Source: Lytechinus pictus (taxonomy: Eukaryota). From it: DNA of 64,000 nt. The notes under the pieces were generated by a model. The model saw only the letters and a program-made list of their open reading frames with translations. It was not told the DNA's origin and searched no databases. Below are positions 36,708 through 50,998 of the stretch, one piece after another. Location: assembly GCF_037042905.1 (NCBI RefSeq), contig NC_087245.1, forward strand, positions 11,534,001 to 11,598,000, written 5' to 3'. The translations under genes and the position numbers were made by a program. Position 1 is the first letter of the stretch; each line of letters begins with the position of its first letter.

Positions 36708-37185
36708 CAGGGGCGGATCCAGCTTTCGGCAATAGGGGGGGCCGAAAAATATTTTCATCAACATTTTTCTCGATTGGCCGCTATAATCTGATTTTTTTTT
36801 GGGGGGGGGGGTTCAGGGGGTAGTCCTAACTAGAGACTGAAGTTTTAAGTATATGTTAGTTTTTATTGTTATAAACTAGATAAGGTATATCATGTGGTCT
36901 TAATATATAATGCGAGCGCGAAGCGCGAGCTCAAATTCTTTGATATTTTATGTCCTTAGACCTGAAGATTCTGAGGAGATTTTATAATTATGAAAAAGAT
37001 AAGTAGGCCCCTATCCAACTAAACAATGCGAGCCGAAATTTTATCATAGTAACGTGAAAAGGGACTCAATTAGGACTGTTTTTATTGATTAATGAAGAGG
37101 ATACAAGTATCACCAATTAAATAATGAGAGTGCGAAGCGCGAGCTCAAAATTTTTGATATTCCGACCTGAAAACTGGACAGTCTA
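36708..37185. repeat. Partial interspersed repeat (CAGGGGCGGATCCAG end; internal GCGAGCGCGAAGCGCGAGCT units)
   Basis: One TIR-like end and three degenerate units at about 36912, 37028 and 37127. Confidence 0.55.
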
Positions 37186-38160
37186 AGCGCTTTACGAAAA
37201 AATCATTCAATGTCTGTGAAATTTGTTTAGATTCATTAATTTCTTTCTCATCTACCATTAAGCATTGAATTTTTGTATTTTTATTCTTACGTGGTATCAA
37301 TATGTTAAGGTTTTTCCTTGTGTTCTTCACATTCCCTTTTGAATCTTTAATTTTCTTTTGGAATATTTTACGTTTGTTTTGCTTTATTTTGTAAGTGACA
37401 TAATTTTTACTCTTTCTATAAACTTTCCAATTTGCGCGCGTACGCTTTCGAGTCGCTTTATTATTGGTCTCGTTTACGAATTAGATCAATAATTTCAGCA
37501 TTTATCCAAGGTTTTCGGTGTTTCTTAATACGGCTTTTCCTAAAAGGGGCATGAAAATTACACAATGAAGAAAATATTGTTTGGAATTGATGAAGAGAAT
37601 GATTAACATCACTACATGTATATACACTTTGCCAATCGATGGCTTGTAGATCAGAGGAGAAAAGATTTTCATCGAAATTCTTATAAGTTCTATAGGTTCT
37701 ATACACATGCCTTGGAGATGGTTTCCGGATTTTACCGTGAGTGGTCGCTCATTCCTATGTGAAGGACGCCACTTTCGACAACTTTCATACAGTTAGAGGT
37801 ATAGATTAAATCAATGAGCGTAGATGAATTGAGCGTTACCCTTGTTGGTTCGTCTATCACTTGAGTAAGAGAATAATTCTGGCAAATATCAAGTAATCGT
37901 TTTGTATAACAAGACAATGGGTTTCCATTGATATCACAATTGAAATCTCCTAAAAATACGACATCCTTTTGTTCTTCATCAGTTTTTGATAGAACGTTCT
38001 CAATAACATTAAACAATTCAATGCTTGATCCAGGTGGTCTATACCATGCCAAAACAATTATAGACGATGAAGTTTGTTGTTTTACTTCTATAGCTATAAG
38101 TTCAATATCCTTGTTCATAAGATCGGGTCTTAATTTGTGGTTAAGTTTATTTTCAATACG
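37185..38160 (-). pseudogene. Decayed CR1/L2-type LINE endonuclease fragment
   Basis: Broken ORFs with WYRPP, FLGDFNCD, PTRVTLNSSTLIDLIY, GMSDH, YKNFD and PWIN. Frame breaks present. Confidence 0.88.
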
Positions 38161-38637
38161 AAGTCCAATTGCTACTAATATTGCTACTGATATTAATGTA
38201 TCATTATCCCTTCAAGGTCTTAAAGTTTATTCTCACCTCTCGCCAGCTGCTTTTAAAAGTTCTATTTTGTCTTGCCTTATTCATATCCATATTCATTTCT
38301 ATTATACTTCGTCTTATTGAAAAATGCGAATAAAACAAAAGTGAATTAAATCGACATGACTGGTAGCTGCGCAGTAAGACCAAAGTTTATTTCTTGTTTG
38401 TTCCGGCGTCTGTAAGGTTATAACAACACATCGGTAGAAATACCCAATGCGTTTCCTGTAACTTTATTCGTCCACCACTGCTACCAACCCACGTCCACTG
38501 ATATAACCGTGTCTCTGACATACGTCATTTCCGGGCAACAAGGCTTCCATTAAGGTATTACTTACTTTATAAGTGTTTTCAATTCACAACTTGACACATT
38601 ACTGTTTTGCTCTGTGGTATAAAGAAGACACATCACC

Positions 38638-41600
38638 ATGAAGCTGGTTTGGGTATTGGTTTGGATATTAATGGATTATCTCACACAAACATCTGTAGTT
38701 GGTAAGTATAGCAATGAATGGGTGTATTTGTTGCACTTTATTTTAACATAGTCGAATTCATAATGCACAGTTAAGAAGAACATTATAAAAAGAGAAAGTA
38801 ATGGGATCATCAGTATCCCGTTTTTCATATTCTTATATCCATACTGTTGTTTATCACCATTATTGCATCTTTATACTTTTATTTTAAATTGTGTTTAGTC
38901 ATTAGTATCATCATCGTATTTGTTACTTTATTATTATTGATATTATTTTTAGTATTATATTATTATTTGTTGTTGTTATTACCATCATCATCATCATAAC
39001 TACCACCATTATAATATCATTTTATTTTAATCACTATCATGATAGTAGTAGTAGGAGTGCAATTTATTTTGTAATCGAGATATTGATAAGCCCCGCCGTT
39101 AGTTGTTTATGTTTTTTGCATAGTAAGACGTGACGGAGATGGCAATCTTTACACATAAAAACTTTTATTTTTTCTGAAAAACAAAGCAGACGAGAGAGTG
39201 AAGTGATCAAGCTTGTTATGAAGGCGCTTTTTTGTATTTTTCGAAAGTGAAATTGAAGGATTTCGATCACACTTTTGTGAATTGTGTGAAGTTTTTAAAA
39301 GAAAAATGTAAGTCTTCAAGTTTTCTGTGGGGACAGTCGGGTCCCCCTCCTACTCGCTGCTTACGGCTATGTAAATAATAAAATATTAACAATTAAAGTA
39401 CTTAGTTCTGGTTTTGACACAATCATGACTTTGTTTCGACAATTTTTTTTTTATCTTGATTTTTCTGCTTCATAGAAAATTATGTGATTTTTTTTTCTCG
39501 AAAGTCATCCCTTATTTTCCTCCTAATGATTTCTTGTTTTATAGGTCAAACGACCATGATTTCAAGATATGAGTTGACTTTTCCGGTTTGTACCAGCTCT
39601 ACCTGTGACTCAACTGGTTGTGGTAACCCATTTGGTGTACCTGTATCACCATGTAGCTGCGATTATGGCTGTGAATTCTTCGGTGATTGTTGTATAGATT
39701 ACACCTATTGCAAGCAGGGAACTCCAGGCGGATCGATGACTTCTGAAGAAAACAAACCAAGCGTTTTTCAAGATACATTGAGATTTTATGATAGATCTCA
39801 GATAACCTGTGTGAGCCTGCCTAAAGAGAAGAATCATTATTTGATGGTGTCATCTTGTCCTGTTGATATCACAGGAAACGGTCTCGATAAGACGAAGTGC
39901 GAATCTGACTATCACGAGAAGTCAAATATCGATTTTGACAATCTTCCAGTTTCTGACGGACTGTTCAGTTACAAAAATGTCTATTGTGCGTTATGTAACG
40001 GTTTGAACCTGAATGAGATCACTGTTTGGGAACTGGGGCTGCTTTGCCCCGAGAGCCTAACAGCCATGGTATCGTCTGGAAATGCTTCTCTATCGGACTT
40101 GTTGGCAAGTGGTGAATGCACGTCATCCATTCAACCTCCAAAGGATTCGCCTCCATCTGTTGTAAGGAAATGTTTGACATCAGAGGTCATAAGTGATTGT
40201 CCAACAGGCTCCGATCAAAATGTTAGTGTATTGTGCCAATCTTACCAGGACTTTGTCAGAGGTGAGAACGGCACAACATTTAAAAACCCCTACTGCAAAT
40301 TGTGCAACACATTTCCCGGTATTACTTTTGCTGAATGTCAAGGACAAGTTGGAGATATCTGTTTGGCAGCAACTGCAACAACTTCCGCACCTCCCGAAGC
40401 CGTACAGCCAACAAAACCCACCCCAAGGAGAGGAAACCCGAAGCCGGTAACTCCAACATTGAGTGGGGATCGAGGGATTCTCAATCCCGATAGTGGAAAT
40501 GCTCTTCAGCCCTTATCTATTGTCATGGACTTTTCCAGGAACAGTCGAGTTCAGGTTGTCCACTCAGCAGACGTCATCAAGGAAGTAGAAATTTCCTGCC
40601 AGAGTTGGGAGGTTTTTGATCCTTTCGTTCAACAATGCTTGACATTATCTTGCCCAAATGGATATGAATTACGAGACAACGAATGTCACAGGCTAACTCC
40701 TCCCCTAAATCTTACTTGTGGTTCATATGACTCTGATCTTATGTTGACAGTTTCAGCTAAAGTTGGTCTCAGAAATCCTCTGGATATTACGAACTGCAAC
40801 TCAAATGAGCTGGATAGGAATATCACCCTTTACGTTGAACACATGTTAAATCTTCCTTTAGGAAAACTGACACCTCTTGATGGATCGAAAAATGGTGGTA
40901 ATGACGATTTCAATTTGATGTCCGAGGATAAATGCCTGTCTCTTTTCAATAATTCTTTTAGAATGGATTATGAGATTGAAGAAACGTCTCTAACATTTGC
41001 ACAGCTCGAAGAACTTACAGATAAAACACTCCTTCAACACGCTCCATATAATGACGCTTCAGAGTATCATGTGTGGTCTTTAACTATTTCCCAGCAATGC
41101 ATTTCTATTTTAGGTTTGAGCGAATGTCCAGGTGGACTCAAGCTTCTTACAAATCCAAACGTATCGCATGTGCAAAACTATACTGTTGTACAAGATGAAA
41201 ACACTGGTATGATCTATCATTCATATGAAACTGTTTTCGCAGCTTCCTATCAAAGTAGTTCTTCGGTTTCTTCAATTAATTATAACAAGTCTTTAAACAT
41301 CCAAGTATGTGATCAGATGAAACTGCGGACATGTTCTCGAATTACCCAACCAGCCAGTATATTTTCGCCGTTAGACGATTTGAGCCTCAACAACACTTTG
41401 ACAGGACAAATACTAGGCTTCGATGACTACGTACTTACTTCCAACGGCAGCGTCCAGTACTGTGCTCCAGAGAACTTTGGAAGAAACGCCACTCTCAACC
41501 AAACGACTGAAGTCCGCATATTCGATTACGACGAAGCACAGGTGATTCTCAGCTTTGTAGGAGTTAGCATATCTCTCTTTTCCCTCATGATTACATTTGC

Positions 41601-43244
41601 TACTTATTGCATCTTTCCTCACATGCGACGATGTGTAAGCAACAAACTCATCATGGTATTGTGCGTGATCCTTTTCCTGGCACAGCTTCTGCAGATGATA
41701 AGTGGACTTTGGACATCTGTTCCTGAACTCTGTACGTCTCTATCAGCTGTTTCACATTTCTTGTGGATTAGTGTGTTTGCCATAACCACTTGTCTGGCTT
41801 TCGAACTAAATCGGACCCTTGCATCGCGTGATAGCTTTACGGTATCAACAAACAGTACGAGGGCTATCGTGTCCTACTTGCTCTTTACCGTACTAACTGC
41901 ATCCATCATTGTCGGTTGTTGCTTGGCTATCCACTTTACAGTTGGAGAGGATCTTAATTTCTCCTATGGAAATGATAACGTCTGTTGGATTGTCAATCAT
42001 GCGGCCAATCTCATTGCATTTGGATGTCCTCTGGGTGTATTTCTTATCATCAATACAATTCTGTTTCTTCATACTGTAGCTGGGATCAGGAACGCATCCA
42101 AAGTAAGAAGGAGTATGGTTGTCGAAAGCGAGAGCATCAAGCATTCTGCTAAAGATCTCCGTGTGTATCTAAAGGTGAGTCCTACATTTTCATAACTTTT
42201 TAATGCAGCCTTTGTAGCACTCACACTTGGGCGAGTTTACCTAAACTAACTTGCCTTTGGAGTGGCATCATTTAAACGATGGGATTCTTTATCTTCGTAC
42301 CCATATAAATCATCATATTAACCATTATGTAATATCATATCAATCGAGCAAAATACAGACTTGTACGAAATAGGTTTAATTCGACTGCATTATCCTAAAT
42401 CGTTTAGCTTTCAAAATGTTCATTTTAACACCACATTTTTATGCAAGTATGATAGGAAATCTATTACGATGTCCTCTAGCACACCTTGGCATTGGTGAGG
42501 GATCAGGACATGCCGTGGACTAGAAAATACGGTGGGTGATATTTAAAGAGGGATTTTATTTTGAACTAAATCACAATCATGGTAGTTATGCATACCATAT
42601 CTCTTTCAAAATCGTTTATTCTTCTGGTGATTTCAATGGGAAACTTTAAGAACGTTAACAATGAATTATTTTTTTTTATTACATAAAAGATCTCAACACT
42701 CTTGGGATTCACCTGGTCCTTCGGATTCATTGCCGGCTTTGCAAACATCAGTGCTCTCTGGTATATCTTCATCATCTTGAATTCACTCCAAGGTTTCTAC
42801 ATCTTTCTTGCTTTCATCGCTAACGGTCGTGTCTATTCTATGTGGGCTACTTGTTTGTGTCATTGTAATACCTCACTTCATAGGTACTCTCGTGGAAGCT
42901 CATCGATACCGTTCAGTCAGAGGATGTCACGAATGACATCGGTATCATCGCTTCCGAGAACATCCGAGTATAATTCGAACAAAGACAGCAGGATATATTC
43001 CGGTGAGAAAGGCGCAAGTAACCAGCGCTACTCGACTGCAAATCAAAAATTGAAGAACGATCGGATGTCTTCGGGTGGAGATCAATCGGAGACGAAGAGT
43101 GATCGGGGATCTCCGTCTGGTATTCGGAGGTATTCGCACGGGGAATGGAAGTACGCTGGGGAGCGAAAACAATCAGGAGATCGAAAATACCAGACAGCTA
43201 GTGACTGGAGAAATGTTAGCGCTGGTAAAAGCCTAAAGCAATAA
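38638..43244 (+). CDS. Family-B (adhesion/Methuselah-like) GPCR with somatomedin-B-like and Cys-rich ectodomain, about 1082 aa
   Basis: Exons 38638-38701 (signal peptide MKLVWVLVWILMDYLTQTSVVG), 39545-42174 and 42690-43244, phases consistent. CSCDYGCEFFGDCCIDY, YKNVYCALCN, FKNPYCKLCN, seven hydrophobic helices, YG...CWI, LGFTWSFGF, NSLQGFYIF. Confidence 0.93.
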
Positions 43245-45664
43245 TATATCTGCATGCATTGTCTGATAACTAGCAGGCTTGTAAGGACGTTGGAGTTGTT
43301 GCTCTACTTATCTTAAACAAGGAAAATGATGAGATCTATACATGGACGCCATTATAGTACCCTATCATAGTTTGGATTGATCACAGTACTATTAACAAGA
43401 AAATTGACTGTTTTCCATCTTGATATTTTGAATGAAACGCAACTTAAAGACATTTGTTTAATTGGCTGCCTGCCATACCATCAGATGAAACTGACAAAGG
43501 TCTTGATACACGGGTTACTGTTCAACAAACAGAGTGGTGCGTCAAATGAACATTCTGACTGTGTGCTAAAAGGCTGGGAGTTCTGTATTGGCAATGAGTT
43601 TCGTAGAATTGTGGAAAATGCAAGCTTTACTTGTAACAATAAATTTTTTACTCTTTAGTAGACCCTCCCTTCAGAATTGTACTAACATCCACGTTCATGA
43701 GGTTTGGATATCTGCATGAAATGCAAAATGTGTGTCAATATAACTTACGGAGTATGATGATCTGTGTCTTAAGTGCCAGCTTCAAAGTTGAAGATAGCCC
43801 CCCCCCCCCCCCCAGAAAAAAACTTTCACGACCAAGAAAAAATAATGAGGAAATGAAAGACAGAAGGGTAAAATATGATATTATTTTCTGAACATTATGT
43901 CAAAATCTTTTACAAAATTTGATTTTTGTAATAAAGATATCAAAATTTTTGCTGGCTCGCTCGCAACTTTTAACAAATTTTGTCCGATACGCTACATCTT
44001 GACCCCCCTCTAAATTTTTTGGCTCATTACTCCACTGTTTCCAAAGTTAAACATAAATTGTGTTACAAATTATGAAAGCGCAATGTTAATGAAACCCGAC
44101 AGCGTGTAATCAAAGGATACTTTATTTGTATATAAATTGACACCATGATCTCATGTGGCATGTATTTTTATAAGGTATCACTTTCATTCTCGTCAGTAGT
44201 CAAAGCCTATAAATGACGGGTCTCATAAATGACCTAATGCCATCGATTTATAATGAACTATTGCAGTGAACAGTGAGTGTAAGTAAGATTATACCAATTT
44301 CCGCCTTTGATATACGTCAATGGAATCACTTTCCTGTAAAAATGCAATATGCTGAAATCATTGTGTATGAAAGGGTTTTTACAGTTCTTGATTCACATGG
44401 ATGTTCCATATTGTCTGCTTTACTGTGTATTGCTTCAAATCAACCATTCAGCATCTAAAAGGTTGAAAGTTAATAATGTGAAAATATCCACAATTATGTG
44501 ATAATCCTACATGAGAGTTAAACTGTGGGAGTATTATATCACAAATAATCATTTTCACCTAAATATTAATTGGAAAGTAATATTTGTCACTAGAAATATG
44601 TCTCTGCATATAATATTCAGTTCGTTTTCGTATGTAAACCAATAATCAAAAAAGAAAAATGATGGAATGAAATCACCTACTCGCTCCTTGTATACAGTAT
44701 TGTCATAGATAGGCCAAAGTACATGACCAAGTACCCTTAAACGTTGCCACACACACACTCACACACCCTCTCACACACCAGATTGTACAGTGTGCAAAGC
44801 AGATGGTTTTGGTAATTGTGTTGCCCATCCCTCCCCCTCCCATATCAAAAATGTCTGAACGCGGTATTTTTCTGTTGCAATTGAAAAGTTTTTTTCGCCG
44901 ACAACAGCATAGGAAATCATTCAAAGACACGGTTAGAAACATCCTCCTGAGCCCCCTTTCTCCATGTTTTCCTAAAAACGTAACATGTTCTATGCGCCCC
45001 CCCCCCCCTTAGTCTTCCATATAACTATGATTTATCGCTATAGTCGTAACAAGGCCTATATTATAAAACCGACATCATTTCGGCCACCCATTCTCTACAA
45101 TAAAAAGTACTATGTGGCATACCTGTATACTTTTTCTATGATTGTTACAAATTTCACAAAGGGCTGGGGTCTTTTTTCTGTTTACACCTTCGTGATGTTT
45201 AACTTGTTTAATGACACTTTATTTAAAAAGGGGTTCATTTAGCTGGTATGGTAAAGAAGTAAAGGTTATAGGACATTTTTCCCTAGTCCTCATGTACAAG
45301 GAGGAAGAAAGGAAATAACAGTATCAAACAGATGGTTCTGGATCATGTAACTCGATATCCTTGGTTATTCAATCATGTCAGTTGAAAAAAAATGACATAA
45401 CCTTCACCTCACCTTGTCACCCCCCCCCCCCCCCCCCCCCCATCAAAATACTATGACGCCGCTCCTAAGTCTTTTTGACATATTGCAGAAATAGGGTTGC
45501 TCCAGCAAAATTCAAAAATGGTATGTCGGTAAGAACAATATGTTTCCAAAAATAGTTGGAAATGTAGATCAGAGGTGAATGTAGAAAATAGGTGGAATAG
45601 GAATACTAGTAATTCTTGGTTGTGGGATGATCATGTCATGGCGACGTGATCACATCTTTGAATA

Positions 45665-45890
45665 TAATAATAATAATAGTCAGTTCTTGTATAGCGCATA
45701 ACACAGTATGAATAACGTCTCTATGCGCTTCCAAAGGACTTGGATATTATTACCCTGGCTCTAGCTCAAGCAGCTTTTACGCGCTCGGCATTTCAAGGAA
45801 TAAATTCCTGCCAGGTACTCATTCACCTCACCTGGGTTGAGTGCAGCACAATGTGGATTAATTTCTTGCCGAAGGAAACTACGCCATGGC
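45665..45890 (-). mobile_element. 5'-truncated tRNA-derived SINE (Nin/Deu-like core, L2-type tail)
   Basis: Minus strand reads TCCTTCGGCAAG...ACCCAGGTG...AATGAGTACCTGG...AAGCGCATAGAG...GCGCTATACAAGAAC followed by (TAT)n. Confidence 0.65.
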
Positions 45891-46660
45891 TAAAATATAA
45901 AGTGACAATACCGAGATATTCATATCAAGCGTTACCTGATTTAATTATTTCTGCATTCCACATCATGCTTATTTGTTTACAAAAGAAGGAAAATAATAAT
46001 TGTCAAAGTCAATTTGAAAAGATGCCGATTTGATATAATAACATTGATCAACATATATTTCGACTATAGAAAGAAAATCATAAACATAACTGGTAGTATA
46101 AGCTTATACATATTTTTGCATACGCCCATCTTTGATAATACTGAGCATAGCCTCAATGTTTCATAACAGTTGATTTTTCAAACGTTGCAATAGCATACGT
46201 GGGGACAGAAATAGATGTCAAAAAAGCAAGAGGGTCTCTCTTATCTCACACGGTAAAAATACTGATTTTTTGGGGGGGGTCAAAATACTGATTTTGGGGG
46301 ATAAGAATACTGAAAATGCAAAATACAACTTGGCAGCTCATGGGAGGACGTTTCTAATGCTTTGCCAGGTAATAAAGATATATGCAAAAATTAATTGCAG
46401 TTTTATAGAAATTGAATAACTTTTGTTCATTAAATCATATTAAACGATTGTGCCAAATTATGTACATGTAAATAAATATATATTTCCCGGCATAACAGGT
46501 GGTCATTCAGCGCAGTTTGGTAGATTATTGTTGTCATTATTGTTTGTATCAATACGATGTGCATTTCCCAATTCTTGATTTGAGGAGGAGGAAGAAAAAG
46601 AAGAATAGGGAAAAGGAAGAAGAGAGGATGAATATTCAAGTCATGTAAATATCATTACAG

Positions 46661-46786
46661 GGGCCCGTTGCAGAAAAAGTTGCAATCAAACGCAACTTGA
46701 TTTTCAACCAATCAACAGCGCGCATTTGGGACTTACGATTGATATTTTGACTTGCGTTTAAACGCAACTCTTTCTGCAACGGACCC
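46661..46786. mobile_element. Harbinger-like MITE with CAG TSD
   Basis: GGGCCCGTTGCAGAAA...TTTCTGCAACGGACCC with CAG on both sides. Confidence 0.8.
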
Positions 46787-47692
46787 CAGATGTAAAGGGA
46801 CAGCCATCATTAAAATCATCTGTAATAATAAACACGACAAACGAACACACACAGCTATATTTATGTATGCTAGGCAACACAGCTAGATAAACGTAACCGG
46901 ATATCCGAAATCGACATCGACATGCATATCCGGACATGGTCAGGTGGGTTCATATTCAATTTGGGTTAAAGGGTCATTGTGGGTTTCCTCTCAACTCAAT
47001 AAATTATGTGTAATTTATTATCGCAAAATTGTTTTCGGAAAGCAAGTGTGTAACAATTTCCTGACTTTAATTTGACCTTAGTTTCACTATAATTTTCAAA
47101 ACTGATTGTGAAACTTCGAATTCGCTGTAATTTCGTGCAGTAGACCGATTGAATAAATTATAATAGCTAGCTAGCTATCCTATTTGAAGATTGATTGTAT
47201 TTTTAATATAGAAAGTATGGGTTAGGGTGTGTGTAAAGATATGTGTGTAGCTTATGTGAAGGTGTGTGTGGGGTATGGGTGGATGGGTGTACTGGTACGG
47301 GCATGTGTGTGTGTGTGGGTCAGAGAGACTGTGTGTGTGTGGGATCGAACCCCGGCCACGGCACTTATGTCCGTGATCTAGGCATTTGATCAACAATGCT
47401 CTTTTATCATGTAGTCAAATTAATGAAAATGCTATACGCATTATTGGTAACTAAGTGTGCACTTGAGTTTTTTTTGCGAATATGAGGGTGTTTTTGCGTG
47501 AGCATGGTGGGTATAGATGTATGTGATTTTGGTCTGAGTGGGAGTGTGCGATTCATTATTTTAAGATCTTTTATACAATCTGTCTCAAATCCCCTCCCCC
47601 ACCACCCCCCCCCCCCCTCTCTAGACACGCGCGCGCGATCACACTTTCTTTTCTTCTCGCTTTCTCTCTCTCTTTGTATCTGTCCATTCCAG

Positions 47693-48450
47693 GTGGATGT
47701 TTCATAAAGCTGTTCGTAAGTTAAGAGCGACTTTAAGAATGACTGGTGATCCTTTCTTGTGGTAAATTATATATTCAGTGGCGATGATTAAGCGCGTAAG
47801 AAATGTTCACCAGTCGTTCTTAAAGTCGCTCTTAAAGGAGAATGAAACCCTTGAAACCAGCTGAATCCATATCAAAGAGAAAAATCAAAGAAACATATTG
47901 TTGAAAGTTTGAGGAAGGTTGAATGAATAATAAGAAAGTTATGAGCATTTAAATATTGAGATCACTAGTGCCATGTAGATCCTCCCATCGGCAATGCGAC
48001 CAAGATCTGTGATATCACACACGTACAACTCCCTCATTACTTTAGTACTTATTTCACGTATATTCTCACTTTTATAGAGTCTATCACAAGGTGAGGTGTT
48101 CTCTTTATGAGATGACAAGTACAGAGGTTTCACAACATTATATCATTGATGAATCGTCTGTCATATGATTAGAATGAGCAAAAAGATATGTTTTGGGGTA
48201 TATTTTCAGTGTCCAAATGGGAGAGTTGTACGTGTGTGACATCACAGATCTTGGTCGCATTGCCGATGGGAGGATCTCCATAGCATTAGTGATCTCGACA
48301 TTCAAATGCTCATAACTCTTTTATTGCTAGTCCTATTTTACTCAAAGTTTTGTTGATCTTATTCTTTGATTTTTCTGCTTTCACAAAAGCTAACTTGCTC
48401 CAAGAGTTTCATTCTCCTTTAACTTACGAACAGCTTTATGAAACGGCCCC
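47693..48450. mobile_element. Harbinger-like MITE (CAG TSD) interrupted by a TTAA-targeting element
   Basis: The long TIR GTTTCATAAAGCTGTTCGTAAGTTAAGAGCGACTTTAAGAA is mirrored on the right, where it is split at its TTAA. Confidence 0.85.
47836..48418. mobile_element. Kolobok-like non-autonomous element with TTAA TSD
   Basis: TTAA|AGGAGAATGAAAC...GTTTCATTCTCCT|TTAA, plus long internal inverted arms (about 47940-48030 vs 48222-48315). Confidence 0.85.
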
Positions 48451-50998
48451 CAGGTCATCTCCCTTTGCTTTATTTCATTGTATGTTGGTCTGGCTACACC
48501 AATATCCCCTCCATTTCCATTACTTACAAAGACATTTTAAAAACACGATATACTGTTGAACACAACATTTATTTTCCTGTCTATTTCTTTATATATTTTG
48601 ATACATATATCTACAATGTACATGGCATAATATAAATACATAACATTTCACTTCTTTAGAACATAGTACTTTTCATCGATTACAAATACACCTTGAAACA
48701 ATGGGGGGTTCTCACCATGTTTTTTTGTACATGAGAATATAAAACAAATATGTAAAACAAGTATAGATGCATCTTCAGTCTGAATTTGATTGTAAAATGT
48801 TGCCTCAATAATATTATCATTAAATGAAGGATTTGGCACAATGACATTGGGGATTGCACTTGTATTTCGGGAGGGGTGGATTTTTTCTCATTTTGAGGAT
48901 GCTAAAAAAGCTTTATTGTTCTTCTCCCCTTTTCGATCTTCTTCTTCTCCATTTCCTACATAAAAGTTCGTCATCATCCTGTAACTGTCATTATCATAAT
49001 CTTTTCTTTTCTCCACTCTCTTTTCTTCCGTCATTTCTCAAACTACTTCTCCGTTCCTTTATGATATTTTCTCTAACGTTGTATATACAAATGACATGCA
49101 AATTCATTGATTTAAAAAGAAATGGATTTTCTTCATTCAAGCACATTCAGAATAAATTATCCTACGAAAATGTAACCTTTCAAAAACTAAAGACTTTAAC
49201 TTTTAAGCAATGTTTCTGTGTTCTCTGGGATGTAACAATAAAACACATTAGAGAGAGTGTTACAGAGATATGCATACAATTACACGGTTCATCATAAATC
49301 TACATAATATGTTTGAAATATCCTGACAAACAAAGACTTCTTTAAAATTTAAGTGATCACATACCCTGCTGTTACCAGGCTAAAAGTAAAACCATTCTCG
49401 CACAGGAAATGCCAGATGCGAACGGAACTGAGTACATTACCCTCTTCCACCACAGGAATAGAGTTTTTGCCATTTTTAATCTTGAGGGAGAATCACATTT
49501 GATTAACAAATTTTGTACAGATTTTATAGGAAAAGGGATACATAATTGAGCATGATTGTCTATAGTTAAAACCACTGATTTGGTTATTCTGTCGAAAAGA
49601 CAGGAAAACAACCAAAGTCAATATGTTCAATAATAATGAGTCCAATTATTATCGTAAACAGAGAGACACTGTCATTAGTTAACGAAAGTTTATGTAGTAT
49701 ATAATGGCATTAAGCCGACTATTCACTTAAAATAAATAACCATGTAATGTGACCTGAAAATTCAGAATTTGATTATACTTGTTCAAGATGATACTTTTAC
49801 AAAAATCTTTCAGTCATCATGATCGTGCAGCTTAGTATAATGATTTGACAACCACAATCTAACTCAAATTTAAAGATTGTAAATACGATCCGTATATTGA
49901 TACATCTCCTACATAATTATCATACATAAACAAGTCAGAAAAAAACACCGCGATTGTACACCATATCTATCGTTCTACTTGTACATATAGATATGACTGA
50001 TGTTGTTCCAAACACTAACATCATTTATTTCATAATTATAATTTATGTACTGTATGTTTAATGAATTTCTCCTCTATCTGAGAAATAGTGAGGATATCTC
50101 TCAAAATGAGATTAACATTGCGACAGTCAGACCAAACCGACCGGTGGTTTGACATTTGGAATGACTTAATAGCCTTTTTCAGATCTGAGGAGCGTTTCAT
50201 GAAAGGAATTGTCGGACATTTTATGCGACAAGTCTCGTTTTATCCCAAAGTTACCATAGCAACAGTACTGCTTAGCCAATCAAAACCAAAGATCTAACAA
50301 CTTGTCAGACAAAAATATTGATAAAACGCTCTCCTGCAGTCAGTTTCGCCAATACTCTCAAAATCAATTAAACATTCAGGTGCCTGGATATTTTCTGAAT
50401 CAAAGAATGACGTTAAAATTAACAGATTTGGGCTAGGATAAAGAATAAATGAGATGAATGACGTATTGTCAATTCGGGCAAGGAAATTCTCTATAAATTT
50501 GTTTTTATTATTATGAAGCATCGGCACATACTGACAAACAGAAGTCAATCCATGTTCGCCAAACAAGACAGTGATCACCATCATGTGACCATAGCGCTTG
50601 AAGACTCGCTCTCTGAAAGAATTGGGACATTTGAACTGCGCTGTGCCACCTACGATCTATCCGCTGGGTACTCTCAGGCATGAGACCTGGCGATTACTTT
50701 TCGACTGTTAAGTTAATGACTTCCATTCCGTTTTGTTTTAAAAGTTTAGGTATTGTTCATTGAACAATACACTTTTTATTCCCCCAGAATCACAACTTCT
50801 ACACTTTCGAAAAGTTCAATCATCACTTAAATAAGTCTTCCTCACCAAAGCGAAGTAGCGCATCACCTGCATTTCAATCTCGGAATCAAAGACCGCTTTA
50901 GTATCAACTATCACGCCCCAGGGTGTCAGGAAAGTTATGTAAGAGTCGTATATAAACCCATTTTTCTTTTAACTTCATGAAGTGTTTTTTTTTTTCAA

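Noticed and set aside
39484..39544. ORF-track N-terminus of the GPCR (MIFFSRKSS...)
   Set aside because: It starts at GTG in the intron's pyrimidine tract. The real acceptor is at 39544, with an upstream ATG exon at 38638.
43377..50900. Short ORFs between the convergent GPCR and PRDM14 genes
   Set aside because: No domains and no consistent splice chain. The region is UTR, repeats and low-complexity DNA.
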